Source of the DNA: Bacteroidota bacterium
GTDB lineage: Bacteria > Bacteroidota > Ignavibacteria > UBA10030
Reading direction: 5' to 3'
Assembly: GCA_025454835.1 (NCBI GenBank)
Contig: JALONQ010000003.1
Coordinates: 67,273-131,272, forward strand
DNA: 64,000 bases
The stretch's first letter is position 1; each line of letters opens with the position of its first letter. The translations under genes were made by a program, and so were the position numbers. The notes beneath the pieces were generated by a model. That model saw only the letters and a list, made by a program, of their open reading frames with translations. It did no database searches and was not told the origin of the DNA. This document shows positions 10,786-23,077 of this stretch, piece after piece.

Positions 10786-12564
10786 ATGGAACGCACTCAA
10801 ACTCTCGGATTCGTACTCATCTTCGTCGTGCTCGTTGCTTGGATCTGGCTGAACACGCCGCCGCCCGCGCCGCCAGACCAGCGCACGGCGACGGCTCAGG
10901 TTGACTCGGCGGCGCCGAAGGCAGCACCCTCCCCCCTTATTGTCGCTCCTCGCGACACGGGCATCACCGACAAGACGGGCCGCTTCTTTCGGGGCCGCGA
11001 CAACGGGACGCCGCAGACGATCACGATCGAGACCGACCTCTTCCGCGCCGAGCTTTCGACGAAGGGGGCCTCGATCAAGTCCTGGGAGCTCAAAGGGCAC
11101 GACACGTGGGACCGCCATCCGGTGCAGATGGTGGACCGGTCGTCGGGAGATTTCGGCATTCTGTTCGGCACGATGGACGGCAAGACGCTGTCGAGCCGCG
11201 ATCTCTTCTTCAACGCCGCTCCCGGCGCAAGGTCGGTGCGGTTGGATGCAAATAATTTTGAATTTGAAATTATTTTCACGCTGCCGGCATCGAACGGCGG
11301 CGCGTTGCGCAAGGTGTACCGGTTCCGAAACGACAGGCATGGCGCCGACGTGCGATACGAGTTTGCGGATCTCGGTTCGGTCATCGCCAACTACGAGTAT
11401 CAGATCACGTGGGACCGCGGCGTGCCGTTCGCCGAACGTAACAGCGTGGACGAAGCCGGCCACGCGGCGGCGTACGCGTACGCGGGCTCAGAGTTGACGA
11501 AGATCGACGCGTCGTCGATTGGCGAGCCGGTGTCGCGTTCGCTCGGAGGCAGGGTTGACTGGGTGGCGATGCGGAACAAGTACTTCGGCGTGGCCTTCAT
11601 TCCCCAGGGTAGTGCTTCGGAAGGCGCGGTGCTCGAGGGCCATCGGACAACTGAACGCGACAATGGCGTATTGGAGCACTACGAGATGGCCCTTCGCATG
11701 CCGTATACGGCCACCGCGGTCGAGACGGCGTCGGTTCGTTTGTTCATTGGGCCGCTCGACATCGACGTGCTCCGGTCGTACGGCGTGGGGCTCGAAAGCA
11801 TCATGAGCCTCGGCTGGACCTGGTTGATCAGGCCCATCGCCGAATGGGCGTTCCTTCCTCTCTTCCGCGGCATCCACTACTTCATACCGAACTGGGGGAT
11901 GGTCATCATTCTCTTCTCCCTCATCGTAAAGGTGCTGCTCCACCCGCTGACCCGGGCGAGCATGAAGTCGATGAAGAAGATGCAATCGCTGCAGCCACTG
12001 ATGGAGGAGATCAAGGAGAAGCACAAGGACGACCCGGCCAAGATGAACCAAGCCGTGATGAATCTCTACAAGGAGTACGGCGTCAACCCGGCCGGGGGCT
12101 GTCTGCCGATCCTCTTGCAGCTGCCCATCATGTACGCGCTCTTCGTGATGTTCCAGTCGATCGTCGAACTGCGCCACGCGGAATTCGTTTGGTGGATCAC
12201 CGACCTGTCGGTGCCCGACGTCCTGTTCACGCTCCCCTTCCACGTTCCGCTCTTCGGCTTCTCCGAAGTGAGCGGCATCGCGCTTCTGATGGGCATCACC
12301 ATGTTTGTCCAGCAGAAGATGACAGTGAAAGATCCGCGCCAGAAGATGATGGTGTGGCTAATGCCGATCATGATGACGCTCCTCTTCAACTCGTTCCCCT
12401 CGGGGCTCAACCTTTACTACACGGTCTTCAATGTGCTTTCGATCGGCCAGCAGATGTGGACGAACCGTCAAGACGACGAGCCGTTGCGAAAGGTCGAGCC
12501 GAAGAAGAAGCGCGGCGGCGGGATCTTCCGCTACGCGAAAGACATGCCGCGACTGAAGCGGTAG
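10786..12564 (+). CDS. yidC: Membrane protein insertase YidC
   Basis: N-terminal TM, large periplasmic domain, GVNPAGGCLPILLQLPI, WITDLSVPD, PSGLNLYY. Confidence 0.97.
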   Translation: MERTQTLGFVLIFVVLVAWIWLNTPPPAPPDQRTATAQVDSAAPKAAPSPLIVAPRDTGITDKTGRFFRGRDNGTPQTITIETDLFRAELSTKGASIKSWELKGHDTWDRHPVQMVDRSSGDFGILFGTMDGKTLSSRDLFFNAAPGARSVRLDANNFEFEIIFTLPASNGGALRKVYRFRNDRHGADVRYEFADLGSVIANYEYQITWDRGVPFAERNSVDEAGHAAAYAYAGSELTKIDASSIGEPVSRSLGGRVDWVAMRNKYFGVAFIPQGSASEGAVLEGHRTTERDNGVLEHYEMALRMPYTATAVETASVRLFIGPLDIDVLRSYGVGLESIMSLGWTWLIRPIAEWAFLPLFRGIHYFIPNWGMVIILFSLIVKVLLHPLTRASMKSMKKMQSLQPLMEEIKEKHKDDPAKMNQAVMNLYKEYGVNPAGGCLPILLQLPIMYALFVMFQSIVELRHAEFVWWITDLSVPDVLFTLPFHVPLFGFSEVSGIALLMGITMFVQQKMTVKDPRQKMMVWLMPIMMTLLFNSFPSGLNLYYTVFNVLSIGQQMWTNRQDDEPLRKVEPKKKRGGGIFRYAKDMPRLKR

Positions 12565-12636
12565 CATCTTCGCAACAAGGCTTCGCGCAGCGAGTGCCGC
12601 ACGAAGAGCCCTTCGATCTACGTTGACCGATGAACG

Positions 12637-12670
12637 CGGCCCCGGGTGACCCCCGGGGCCGTTCCTGTTC
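12637..12670 (+). terminator. Hairpin/terminator after yidC
   Basis: CGGCCCCGGG-TGACC-CCCGGGGCCG then TTCCTGTTC. Confidence 0.55.
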
Positions 12671-12733
12671 TGTGCCGTTGGAAAACGGTCCCGCCTTTCG
12701 TACATTCACTCCCCTTCCACCGCCGTCAGCCCC

Positions 12734-14110
12734 ATGAAGCCATCCATCGACACGATCGTCGCGATCGCAACACCGCCAGGCGAAGGCGGCATTGCCGTCC
12801 TGCGCGTGAGCGGACCGGAGGCTGTGGCGATCGTCGATCGTCGATTCCGCGCTCCGACACCGCTGGCGTCAGCAGCGTCGCACACGGCCCATGTCGGTGC
12901 GATCTGCGATGCGGCTGGGGAGCGCATCGATCAGGTCGTCTGCACCGTCTTTCGTGCCCCACATTCGTACACGGGCGAAGATGTTGTTGAGGTCAGCTGC
13001 CACGGAGGGACGCTCACGTCGCGCCGCGTCATGGGCGTCCTGCTTGAGACCGGCGCAGAGATGGCGCGGCCCGGCGAGTTCACGAAGCGAGCGTTCCTCA
13101 ACGGCAAAATGGACCTGGCGCAAGCCGAAGCCGTGGCGGAGTTGATTCACGCCAGGTCCGACGCGGCGCGCAGAATATCGCTCGAGCAATTGGCCGGGCG
13201 GTTGTCGTCCGAGGTGCAGACGCTTCGGCGGTCGCTCATGGATGCCGTTGGCCTGCTGGAACTCGAGCTCGACTTCGCCGAAGACGGGTATGAGTTCCTG
13301 GACCGATCGAAGATCCGGGAACTCCTGAACGATGCCGGATCTTCGCTTCGGCGGCTGCTTGAGAGCTATCGAGCCGGAAAGGTCTTTCGAGACGGCGTGA
13401 AGCTGGTCCTGACCGGAGCCCCCAACGCCGGAAAGTCGAGCCTGTTGAATGCTCTTCTCAAAGAGAGCCGGGCAATCGTTACCGAGGTCCCCGGCACGAC
13501 GCGTGACGTGATCGAAGAGGGGCTCTCGATCGGAGGCGTGTTGTTCCGGGTGGTCGATACAGCCGGACTTCGGCCAACATCGGACCCCGTGGAGCGCGAG
13601 GGCGTTGAGCGTGCTCACGAGCAGCTTCGGTCGGCCGACGTGGTCATTTGGGTCGTGGACCTCATGGCGCCGATCCAGCCGACGAAAGAAGCGATCGAGT
13701 CGATCGGCAGTTCGCACGTCATCGTCGCGCTCAACAAGTCAGATGTCATCGCGCGGAGTTCGAGCACTCGCATGGACATCGAGGACGACTCACGGGCGCT
13801 GAGGATCTCGGCGAAGACGGGCGACGGCATTCAGAGGCTCGAGGAGGAGATGTTGGCCGTGGCAGTCGGTCGGACGCCGTCCGACAACACCGAGGGGGCC
13901 ACGGTAACCAATGCCCGCCACTATGACGTTCTGAGACGCGCCAGCAGGTCGCTGACATTGGCACTTGAATCGCTGGAGGGGGGCAAGACAGGGGAGTTCC
14001 TTGCCCTCGACATCAGGGAGGCGCTTAACACGTTGGCCGAACTTACGGGCGAAGTGACCACCGACGACATCATGAACGCAGTATTTTCGAAGTTCTGCAT
14101 CGGGAAGTAG
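12734..14110 (+). CDS. mnmE: tRNA modification GTPase MnmE
   Basis: DTIVAIATPPGEGG, GAPNAGKSS, DTAG, NKSD, C-terminal FCIGK. Confidence 0.98.
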   Translation: MKPSIDTIVAIATPPGEGGIAVLRVSGPEAVAIVDRRFRAPTPLASAASHTAHVGAICDAAGERIDQVVCTVFRAPHSYTGEDVVEVSCHGGTLTSRRVMGVLLETGAEMARPGEFTKRAFLNGKMDLAQAEAVAELIHARSDAARRISLEQLAGRLSSEVQTLRRSLMDAVGLLELELDFAEDGYEFLDRSKIRELLNDAGSSLRRLLESYRAGKVFRDGVKLVLTGAPNAGKSSLLNALLKESRAIVTEVPGTTRDVIEEGLSIGGVLFRVVDTAGLRPTSDPVEREGVERAHEQLRSADVVIWVVDLMAPIQPTKEAIESIGSSHVIVALNKSDVIARSSSTRMDIEDDSRALRISAKTGDGIQRLEEEMLAVAVGRTPSDNTEGATVTNARHYDVLRRASRSLTLALESLEGGKTGEFLALDIREALNTLAELTGEVTTDDIMNAVFSKFCIGK

Positions 14111-14114
14111 GAAA

Positions 14115-14130
14115 GGTTTCACGTGGAACA
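14115..14130. promoter_or_regulatory. parS site 1
   Basis: GGTTTCACGTGGAACA, matches the TGTTNCACGTGNAACA consensus with 1 mismatch. Confidence 0.85.
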
Positions 14131-14173
14131 ACCGGAGACCCAAAGCGTATCGCGGGGCGACATCTAGTCAGCC

Positions 14174-16093
14174 ATGGCTGTCAGCGAAATGAAATACGAC
14201 GTCGTCGTTGGCGGTGCCGGCCACGCTGGCCTTGAAGCAGCCATGGCGGCCGCGAGAATGGGTGCGTCCGTTCTTGTTGTAACGATGGATTGCAAGGCCA
14301 TTGGAAGGATGTCCTGCAATCCTGCTATTGGCGGAACAGCCAAGGGGCACCTTGTGCGAGAGATTGACGCCCTTGGCGGAGAAATGGCGAAGATCGCAGA
14401 CGCAACGGGCATTCACTTTCGAATGCTGAACCTCTCCAAGGGTCCCGCCGTTTGGTCTCCCAGGTGTCAGAACGACCGTGAGGCCTACTCAAGGGAAGCG
14501 GGGAAGAGACTTGGATCGATCGAAGGTATTGCGTTTCTTGAGGATGCGGTTGTGGACGTGGCGGTTGAAGTGGGCCCCAAGCCGTTCCCACACAAGCTTG
14601 TAGGGGTGGTCACGGCGAAGGGCAAGAGGGTCTCCTGCCGATCGTTTGTCTTGAGCTCTGGCACGTTCATGCGAGCGATCATGCACACCGGACTAACCCA
14701 CGAGAAGGGAGGGAGGTTCGGTGAGGGGGCCTCCTATGGACTGACAGAGCGACTAGAGTCCTTGGGATTCGTCAGCGGACGATTGAAAACCGGAACGCCC
14801 CCCAGGGTATCGCTGGAGTCCATCGACCTCCCCGCCGTCGAACCCCAACATTCCGACTCCCCGCCGAGACCACTTTCGTTCTCGACTCAACGCATAGAGA
14901 ACCGCCTGATTCCGATGTACCTGACTTACACGAGTCCGACCACACACGAGGCGCTGAGAAGAGGATTCGACCGATCCCCGATGTTCACTGGACGAATCAA
15001 AGGCGTGGGTCCTCGCTATTGTCCGTCGATTGAGGACAAGATCAACCGCTTTGCAGACAAGGACCGCCATCAGATCTACCTGGAGCCCGAGGGATACGAG
15101 ACAGACACCGTCTACGTGAATGGTTTTTCGACCAGCCTGCCGGAGGAGGTTCAACTGGAGGGCCTTCGGACCGTCCAGGGGTTGGAAAAGGTTCGAATGC
15201 TGCGCCCCGGATACGCTGTGGAATACGACTTCTTTCCCCCCCACCAGGCATCGGCAACGCTAGAGACGAAACTGGTCATGGGGCTCTTCTTTGCCGGGCA
15301 GATCAACGGCACCTCGGGTTACGAGGAGGCTGCTGGCCAAGGCCTCATCGCCGGCATCAACTCAGCCCTCAGGTCTCGAGGAGGAGGGGAGATGTTCCAC
15401 GTGAAACGCTCTGATGGGTATCTTGGGGTCATGGTGGACGACCTGGTAACCAAGAGTACCGAGGAGCCATATCGGATGTTCACGTCAAGGGCAGAGTATC
15501 GCCTTCTGCTCCGGCAAGACAACGCCGATCGCCGGCTTACGAGAATGGGGGCCAAGTTGGGGTTGGTGGAATCGGCAACACTCGCCAGGCTTGATGCCAA
15601 AGAACGGGCGATCGTGCGTCTTAGCACATTGACGTCAAGAACAACAGTTGCACCCTCGACGATCAATGGGCACCTTGAAGCCGTCGGGACGGAGACCATC
15701 GACGCTCCCGACAAGCTGATCCGCCTGGTGAAAAGGTCCGAGGTATCGCTCGAAGGACTTCTTGGAGTTTCCGAGCTCTGGTCGGAGGGAGCGCTGGATT
15801 TCGCTCGGGAAGGGATGGATGAGCGAACTTGGTCAGAAGTCGTCGAACAGGTCGATATCGAGGCCAAGTATGAGGGTTACGTTTCCCGGCAACGCGAGCA
15901 GGTCCTTCGATTCGACTCCTTCGAGGAACAGGCGATACCGGGAGACCTCGATTATGACCGCATCCCATCGCTTTCGTCGGAAGGGCGCGAAAGGCTCTCC
16001 CGCATGAAACCGGAAACGATCGGCCAAGCCTCGCGGATATCCGGAGTGACCTCTTCCGATGTTTCTGTGCTCATGGTCTTTCTGAAAGAGTGA
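14174..16093 (+). CDS. mnmG: tRNA uridine-5-carboxymethylaminomethyl modification enzyme MnmG (GidA)
   Basis: GGAGHAG, MSCNPAIGG, GPRYCPSIEDK, AGQINGTSGYEEAA, EPYRMFTSRAEYRL. Confidence 0.98.
   Translation: MAVSEMKYDVVVGGAGHAGLEAAMAAARMGASVLVVTMDCKAIGRMSCNPAIGGTAKGHLVREIDALGGEMAKIADATGIHFRMLNLSKGPAVWSPRCQNDREAYSREAGKRLGSIEGIAFLEDAVVDVAVEVGPKPFPHKLVGVVTAKGKRVSCRSFVLSSGTFMRAIMHTGLTHEKGGRFGEGASYGLTERLESLGFVSGRLKTGTPPRVSLESIDLPAVEPQHSDSPPRPLSFSTQRIENRLIPMYLTYTSPTTHEALRRGFDRSPMFTGRIKGVGPRYCPSIEDKINRFADKDRHQIYLEPEGYETDTVYVNGFSTSLPEEVQLEGLRTVQGLEKVRMLRPGYAVEYDFFPPHQASATLETKLVMGLFFAGQINGTSGYEEAAGQGLIAGINSALRSRGGGEMFHVKRSDGYLGVMVDDLVTKSTEEPYRMFTSRAEYRLLLRQDNADRRLTRMGAKLGLVESATLARLDAKERAIVRLSTLTSRTTVAPSTINGHLEAVGTETIDAPDKLIRLVKRSEVSLEGLLGVSELWSEGALDFAREGMDERTWSEVVEQVDIEAKYEGYVSRQREQVLRFDSFEEQAIPGDLDYDRIPSLSSEGRERLSRMKPETIGQASRISGVTSSDVSVLMVFLKE
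15393..15408. promoter_or_regulatory. parS site 2, inside mnmG
   Basis: TGTTCCACGTGAAACG, encoding MFHVKR. Confidence 0.85.
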
Positions 16094-16108
16094 GTTTCAC
16101 GTGGAACA
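16093..16108. promoter_or_regulatory. parS site 3, at the mnmG-rsmG junction
   Basis: AGTTTCACGTGGAACA overlapping the mnmG stop and the rsmG GTG start. Confidence 0.85.
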
Positions 16109-16829
16109 CACCGCAAACACATTATCTTCCACCGTCGGCCCAGAGCCAACCCTGTGGCTGCGAACGCTCTTGGTGAAGAACGGTCATCCGGCCACCGATG
16201 AGCAGCTGCAGCAACTCGCATCATTTGTGGACCTCCTGCTCGAGTGGAACGCGAAGATCAACCTGATCTCACGCAAGGACGAGGCCAACGTCTGGCGAGC
16301 ACACATCCTGCATTCCGCAGCCATTCTGCTCCAAGCTGAGATCCCCCAGAAGTCGAAAGTGCTCGACCTAGGATCCGGAGGCGGGCTCCCCGGACTGGTC
16401 ATCAAAGTGCTTCGACCCGACCTTGACATGACCTGCCTCGACGCCACACGCAAAAAGATGGATGCTGTAGCCGATATCGCCCGGCGACTTGGGCTTCGCG
16501 ACTGCGCCACGGCCTGGGGACGCGCTGAGGACCTTGGGAGGGACAAGTGGTTCAACGCCAACTATGATGTGGTCGTCGCACGGGCTGTTGCCCCACTCCG
16601 CGACCTGGTGAAATGGTCCATGCCCTTCCTGCGTCCTCCACACGCGAAGCTCATCACGCTCAAAGGCGGCGACCTGGACCAGGAGCGCGGACAGGCAGAA
16701 CGCCTTCCCGGTGTCCGCACGATCCACGAATCAACGCTCAGCTTCGCCGGGGCCGAACAGATCCCCGGAGTGGACAAAAAGATCGTCATTGTCGATTTTG
16801 ACCTTCGCACAACGAGACCAATTCCGTGA
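16101..16829 (+). CDS. rsmG: 16S rRNA m7G527 methyltransferase RsmG
   Basis: WNAKINLISR, LDLGSGGGLPG, VVARAV, LKGG. Confidence 0.95.
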   Translation: MEHTANTLSSTVGPEPTLWLRTLLVKNGHPATDEQLQQLASFVDLLLEWNAKINLISRKDEANVWRAHILHSAAILLQAEIPQKSKVLDLGSGGGLPGLVIKVLRPDLDMTCLDATRKKMDAVADIARRLGLRDCATAWGRAEDLGRDKWFNANYDVVVARAVAPLRDLVKWSMPFLRPPHAKLITLKGGDLDQERGQAERLPGVRTIHESTLSFAGAEQIPGVDKKIVIVDFDLRTTRPIP

Positions 16830-17794
16830 CCGAATCCAAGCAGCTGTTCGAACAACTGAAGAGCCTCACAACCGAGCAACGCAATCCCGCCAGCATGAAC
16901 ATCGACGCCCGGTCGACCGAGGAGATCTTGACGATCATCAACGCTGAGGATCAGCGGATCGCCTCCGCCGTGCAGTCCCAGATCCCCCACATCACACAGG
17001 CGGTCGAGCTCGTCGTCCACGCCTTCTTGGCAGGGGGCCGGCTTCTCTATGCGGGGGCTGGAACGTCGGGACGCCTCGGCGTGCTCGACGCGGTCGAGTG
17101 TCCGCCGACGTTCGGCGTGGACCCGGAGCTTGTCCAGGGAATGATCGCCGGGGGAGAGAAGGCGATGTTCCGCGCGCAGGAGGGTGCCGAAGACAAAGAA
17201 GCGTTCGGCGCGGCGGACATCGATGCGCGCCACGTCGGCCCGAAGGATGTCGTGTGTGGCATCGCGGCCAGTCTGCGCACACCGTATGTGATCGGCGCGG
17301 TGAAGCGCGCAAAGGAGCTCGGCGCGAAGACGCTGTATGTCACGACCAACCCGCGGTCCCGATTCGATGAAGAACCGTATCACGCATTGCGCGCAGCCCT
17401 CGACATCGCCATCTGTCCAGAAGTGGGGCCCGAGGTGATCATGGGCTCGACACGCATGAAGTCAGGCACGGCCCAGAAACTTGTACTGAACATGATCACG
17501 ACGGCCGCCATGATCCGCCTCGGTAAGGTCTACGAGAACATGATGATCGACCTGCAGATGACGAACCTGAAGCTCAGAGAACGGGCGAAGCGAGTGGTCA
17601 TGACGATCACGGGCGTCTCGTATGAAACGGCGGCGGCCATGCTCGACCAGGCCGGAGGTCATGTGAAGACGGCGCTGGTGATGATCAAGGCGAACGTCGG
17701 CCGGGATGAAGCGGCGGCACGCCTGAGACGCGCCGAAGGATTTGTGCGCGCCGCGATCGAAGGGAACGAGTATCACATCGCGAAGGAGCATTGA
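16826..17794 (+). CDS. murQ: N-acetylmuramic acid 6-phosphate etherase
   Basis: TEQRNP, GAGTSGRLGVLDAVECPPTFG, GSTRMKSGTAQK. Confidence 0.96.
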   Translation: MTESKQLFEQLKSLTTEQRNPASMNIDARSTEEILTIINAEDQRIASAVQSQIPHITQAVELVVHAFLAGGRLLYAGAGTSGRLGVLDAVECPPTFGVDPELVQGMIAGGEKAMFRAQEGAEDKEAFGAADIDARHVGPKDVVCGIAASLRTPYVIGAVKRAKELGAKTLYVTTNPRSRFDEEPYHALRAALDIAICPEVGPEVIMGSTRMKSGTAQKLVLNMITTAAMIRLGKVYENMMIDLQMTNLKLRERAKRVVMTITGVSYETAAAMLDQAGGHVKTALVMIKANVGRDEAAARLRRAEGFVRAAIEGNEYHIAKEH

Positions 17795-18504
17795 TGGCGA
17801 ATCCGCTTGCAGACCTCGACGAGCATCCTCCGTTCGAAGGCTTTCCGAAAGAAGGCATCACGTTCCTCCGCCGGCTGAAGAGGAACAACCGCCGAGAATG
17901 GTTCGCCGAGCACAAGACGGAGTATGAGGACCTCGTCAAGGCGCCGATGCAGTCGCTTATCGCGTCGCTGCGTCCGCACGTTGAACACTTCGCGCCCGAG
18001 TTCGAACTCAACCCCCGGACGTCGATCTTCCGCGTCTATCGCGACACGCGCTTCAGCAGCGACAAGACGCCGTACAAAACGCACGTCGCGGCGCACTTCG
18101 TGCTGCGAGGTGCGCCGAAAGGATTTCTCGGCTCGGGCTACTACATGGAGGTGGAGCCGGGCGGCGCGTACGTCGGCGGCGGCATCTACATGCCGGAGGG
18201 CGATCAGCTGAAGAAAATCCGTGCGGCGATCGACCGGCAACGCAGCGATTTCCTGTCGATCATCAACGCGAAGCCGTTTCGACGACGATTCGGCAAGCTG
18301 GAAGGAGCGACGTTACAGCGAATGCCAAAGGGATACGACGACGAGCATCCGCTGGGCAAGTGGCTCAAGCTGAAGCAATTCTTCGCGGGGGAGTCGATGC
18401 CTGTTGCGAAAGCGATGCGCGCGTCGTTCGTCACGGACGTCGCCGCGGTGTGCGAAACGCTGACGCCGCTCGTACGTTTTCTAAATGACGCACTGCGCCG
18501 TTGA
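17794..18504 (+). CDS. DUF2461-family protein
   Basis: [31 protein letters not shown]. Confidence 0.9.
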   Translation: MANPLADLDEHPPFEGFPKEGITFLRRLKRNNRREWFAEHKTEYEDLVKAPMQSLIASLRPHVEHFAPEFELNPRTSIFRVYRDTRFSSDKTPYKTHVAAHFVLRGAPKGFLGSGYYMEVEPGGAYVGGGIYMPEGDQLKKIRAAIDRQRSDFLSIINAKPFRRRFGKLEGATLQRMPKGYDDEHPLGKWLKLKQFFAGESMPVAKAMRASFVTDVAAVCETLTPLVRFLNDALRR

Positions 18505-18580
18505 GGTGCCGACGCGGATCGGGCACGAAAAACACTTTAAATTCAAAACATTATTCGTGCGCCGTTAACGCCGCGAGCCG

Positions 18581-18609
18581 TTGCGCCTGCGGCGATTCAT
18601 GGCTATCTT
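18581..18609 (+). promoter_or_regulatory. Sigma70-type promoter for lon
   Basis: TTGCGC-N17-TATCTT. Confidence 0.45.
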
Positions 18610-18683
18610 GTGTTCTACCACCGTCCGATCGCCGGACGGTTTTGCATTCTTATCCCCGCCCGCGAGCTTTGGCGCGGCCCGCT

Positions 18684-21098
18684 ATGACCGAACTCGACCC
18701 CCAGGCCCCCGCACCACACGTTGAGACCATTGATCAGATCCCTACGACGCTGCCGGTTCTGCCGTTGCGCGACGTGGTCATCTATCCTTATATGATCTTC
18801 CCCGTCCTCGTCGGCCGCGAATCATCCCTGAGGGCGGCGGCAGCGGCCATGGAGCGGGGCAAGAACATCTTCTTGGCGGCACAAAAGAGCGCCTCCGTCG
18901 ACGACCCCGGCCCAGAAGACATCTATCGCAACGGCTCCGTCGCCAAGATCGTCCAGATGCTCCGCCTGCCGAACGGCCTCATGAAGATCCTGGTCGACGG
19001 GCTCGTCCAGGCGTCGGTCCGAGCGTTCACCGACCGGAAGGAGTTCCTCGAGGCGGAGATCGCCATCAACACCACCGAACTGCCGGCCGACAAGGAGATC
19101 GAAGCGCTCGTGCGCCACACGACGACGCTCTTTACGGAATACGTCCGGCTCAACCGCAACATCCCCGGCGAAGTGCTGATGACGTTCGAGGGCATCAAGG
19201 AGCCGCAGCGCAAGATGTTCTACATGGCGGCCAACATTGCGCAGAGCGTCGACGTCAAGCAGCGCATCCTCGACCTGACCCGCCTTCGCGACCAGCTCTT
19301 CGAGATCTCGAAGATCCTGACCACCGAGGTGGAGATCCTCAAGATCGAACGCGACATCGACTCGAAGGTTCAAGACAACATCCAGAAGTCACAGCGCAAG
19401 TTCTTCATCCAGGAACAGATCCGCATTCTGCAGGATGAGCTGGGGGAGGACGAGGCCTCGCCGGAGCTGGCAAAGATCAAGGAACAGATCGACAAGGCGG
19501 GTATGCCCCCGGAGGCCCTGGCGAAGGCGATGGAGGAATTCAACAAGCTCAAGAAGACGCCGTCGATGTCGCCGGAGTTCACGGTGACCCGCAACTACCT
19601 CGACTGGATGGTGGCGGTTCCCTGGAAGACCCGGACGAAGGACCAACTTGATATCGAGCACGTGCGGAGCATCTTGGACGAGGACCATTACGGCCTCGAC
19701 AAACCGAAAGATCGCATCCTGGAGCATATCGCCGTCCTCAACCTCGTCAAGGACATGAAAGGACAGATCCTCTGCTTCGTCGGCCCCCCGGGGGTCGGCA
19801 AGACGTCGCTCGCCCGCTCGATCGCGCGTGGCCTGGGGCGCAAGTTCGTGCGTATCTCCCTCGGCGGCGTGCGCGACGAGGCAGAGATCCGGGGACATCG
19901 GCGCACCTACATCGGTTCGATGCCGGGCAAGATCATTCAGTCGATGAAGCGCGCCGGCAGCGTCAATCCGGTCATCCTGATGGACGAAGTGGACAAGATG
20001 AGCATGGACTTCCGCGGCGACCCGTCGTCGGCCCTGCTGGAGGTCCTTGATCCCGAGCAGAACGTGGCGTTCAACGACCACTATCTCGAGGTCGACTACG
20101 ATCTGTCAAAGGTCATGTTCATTACGACCGCCAACGTGCGATACAGCATTCCGCTGCCCTTGCAGGACCGCATGGAGATCATTGAGCTGCCGGGCTATCT
20201 TGAGCACGAAAAGAAAGAGATCGCCCGCCGGCACATCATACCAAAGCAACTCGAAGCGCACGGTCTGAAGGACAAAGCCATCACCTTTGACGACGAGGCC
20301 ATCCTCAAGGTCATCCGCGACTACACGCGCGAGGCCGGCGTTCGTAATCTGGAACGCGAGACGGCGTCCGTTTGCCGCAAGGTGGCCAAAGATATCGTGC
20401 TGGCGAAGCGCGGGAATGGACACGCAGCCGGAAAGGGAAAGAAGAAGGGGGCAAAGCCAAAGGTCCTTCAGGTCACGCCGGCATCGGTCGAACGCTATCT
20501 GGGCGTACCACGATTCCGCACGAAGGCGGCAGAGCGCAAGCCTCGTATCGGCTCGGTGACGGGCTTGGCGTGGACGAGCGTTGGGGGCGACATTCTGAAC
20601 GTCGACGTCACGATCATGCGCGGAACAGAGCGCCTGACGCTCACCGGACAGCTGGGCGACGTCATGAAGGAATCCGCCCAAGCGGCGCTGTCGTATCTGC
20701 GGTCGAACGCCAAAGAGCTGGGCATTGCCGTCGACTTCCAAAAGGGACGCGAGATCCATATCCATCTCCCGGAAGGAGCGATCCCGAAGGATGGACCGTC
20801 GGCGGGTATTACGATGGCCATGGCGATCATGTCGGCCGCGCGCGGCGTGCCGGCGCGGAGCGACGTCGCCATGACGGGCGAGATCACGCTGCGCGGCAAC
20901 GTGCTCGCGATCGGCGGACTGAACGAGAAGCTGCTGGCCGCGCAACGGAGCGGCATCACGACGGTCCTCATTCCGAGCGAGAACGAGAAGGACCTGACCG
21001 AGATCCCGGCGAAGGTCAAAGAAGGACTGACGATCATTCCGGTGGACACCATCCGCGAAGCGGCGCAACACGTGTTCGGCAAGCGTCGTCGTCGCTGA
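18684..21098 (+). CDS. lon: ATP-dependent protease La (Lon)
   Basis: LPVLPLRD N-domain, [17 protein letters not shown] catalytic Ser; start moved to ATG 18684. Confidence 0.97.
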   Translation: MTELDPQAPAPHVETIDQIPTTLPVLPLRDVVIYPYMIFPVLVGRESSLRAAAAAMERGKNIFLAAQKSASVDDPGPEDIYRNGSVAKIVQMLRLPNGLMKILVDGLVQASVRAFTDRKEFLEAEIAINTTELPADKEIEALVRHTTTLFTEYVRLNRNIPGEVLMTFEGIKEPQRKMFYMAANIAQSVDVKQRILDLTRLRDQLFEISKILTTEVEILKIERDIDSKVQDNIQKSQRKFFIQEQIRILQDELGEDEASPELAKIKEQIDKAGMPPEALAKAMEEFNKLKKTPSMSPEFTVTRNYLDWMVAVPWKTRTKDQLDIEHVRSILDEDHYGLDKPKDRILEHIAVLNLVKDMKGQILCFVGPPGVGKTSLARSIARGLGRKFVRISLGGVRDEAEIRGHRRTYIGSMPGKIIQSMKRAGSVNPVILMDEVDKMSMDFRGDPSSALLEVLDPEQNVAFNDHYLEVDYDLSKVMFITTANVRYSIPLPLQDRMEIIELPGYLEHEKKEIARRHIIPKQLEAHGLKDKAITFDDEAILKVIRDYTREAGVRNLERETASVCRKVAKDIVLAKRGNGHAAGKGKKKGAKPKVLQVTPASVERYLGVPRFRTKAAERKPRIGSVTGLAWTSVGGDILNVDVTIMRGTERLTLTGQLGDVMKESAQAALSYLRSNAKELGIAVDFQKGREIHIHLPEGAIPKDGPSAGITMAMAIMSAARGVPARSDVAMTGEITLRGNVLAIGGLNEKLLAAQRSGITTVLIPSENEKDLTEIPAKVKEGLTIIPVDTIREAAQHVFGKRRRR

Positions 21099-21138
21099 GA
21101 TTTCCTTTCACCCGTTTCCTTCGTACCATACCCACGCT

Positions 21139-22938
<1,800 letters not shown>

Positions 22939-23077
22939 GGGTCATCTCAGAAGAGTCCCCCGCAGTGTTGCGGAAGACCCAAGTTCTGTTCACGGCGTGG
23001 CCAAATGGTGGTGGTTCACGTAATGAGGGGTTGTTGTCGCGCCGATCGGACCATTCCGAGCGGAACCCGTCCACTCC

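Noticed and set aside
18505..18683. CIRCE/HrcA operator upstream of lon
   Set aside because: No TTAGCACTC-N9-GAGTGCTAA match
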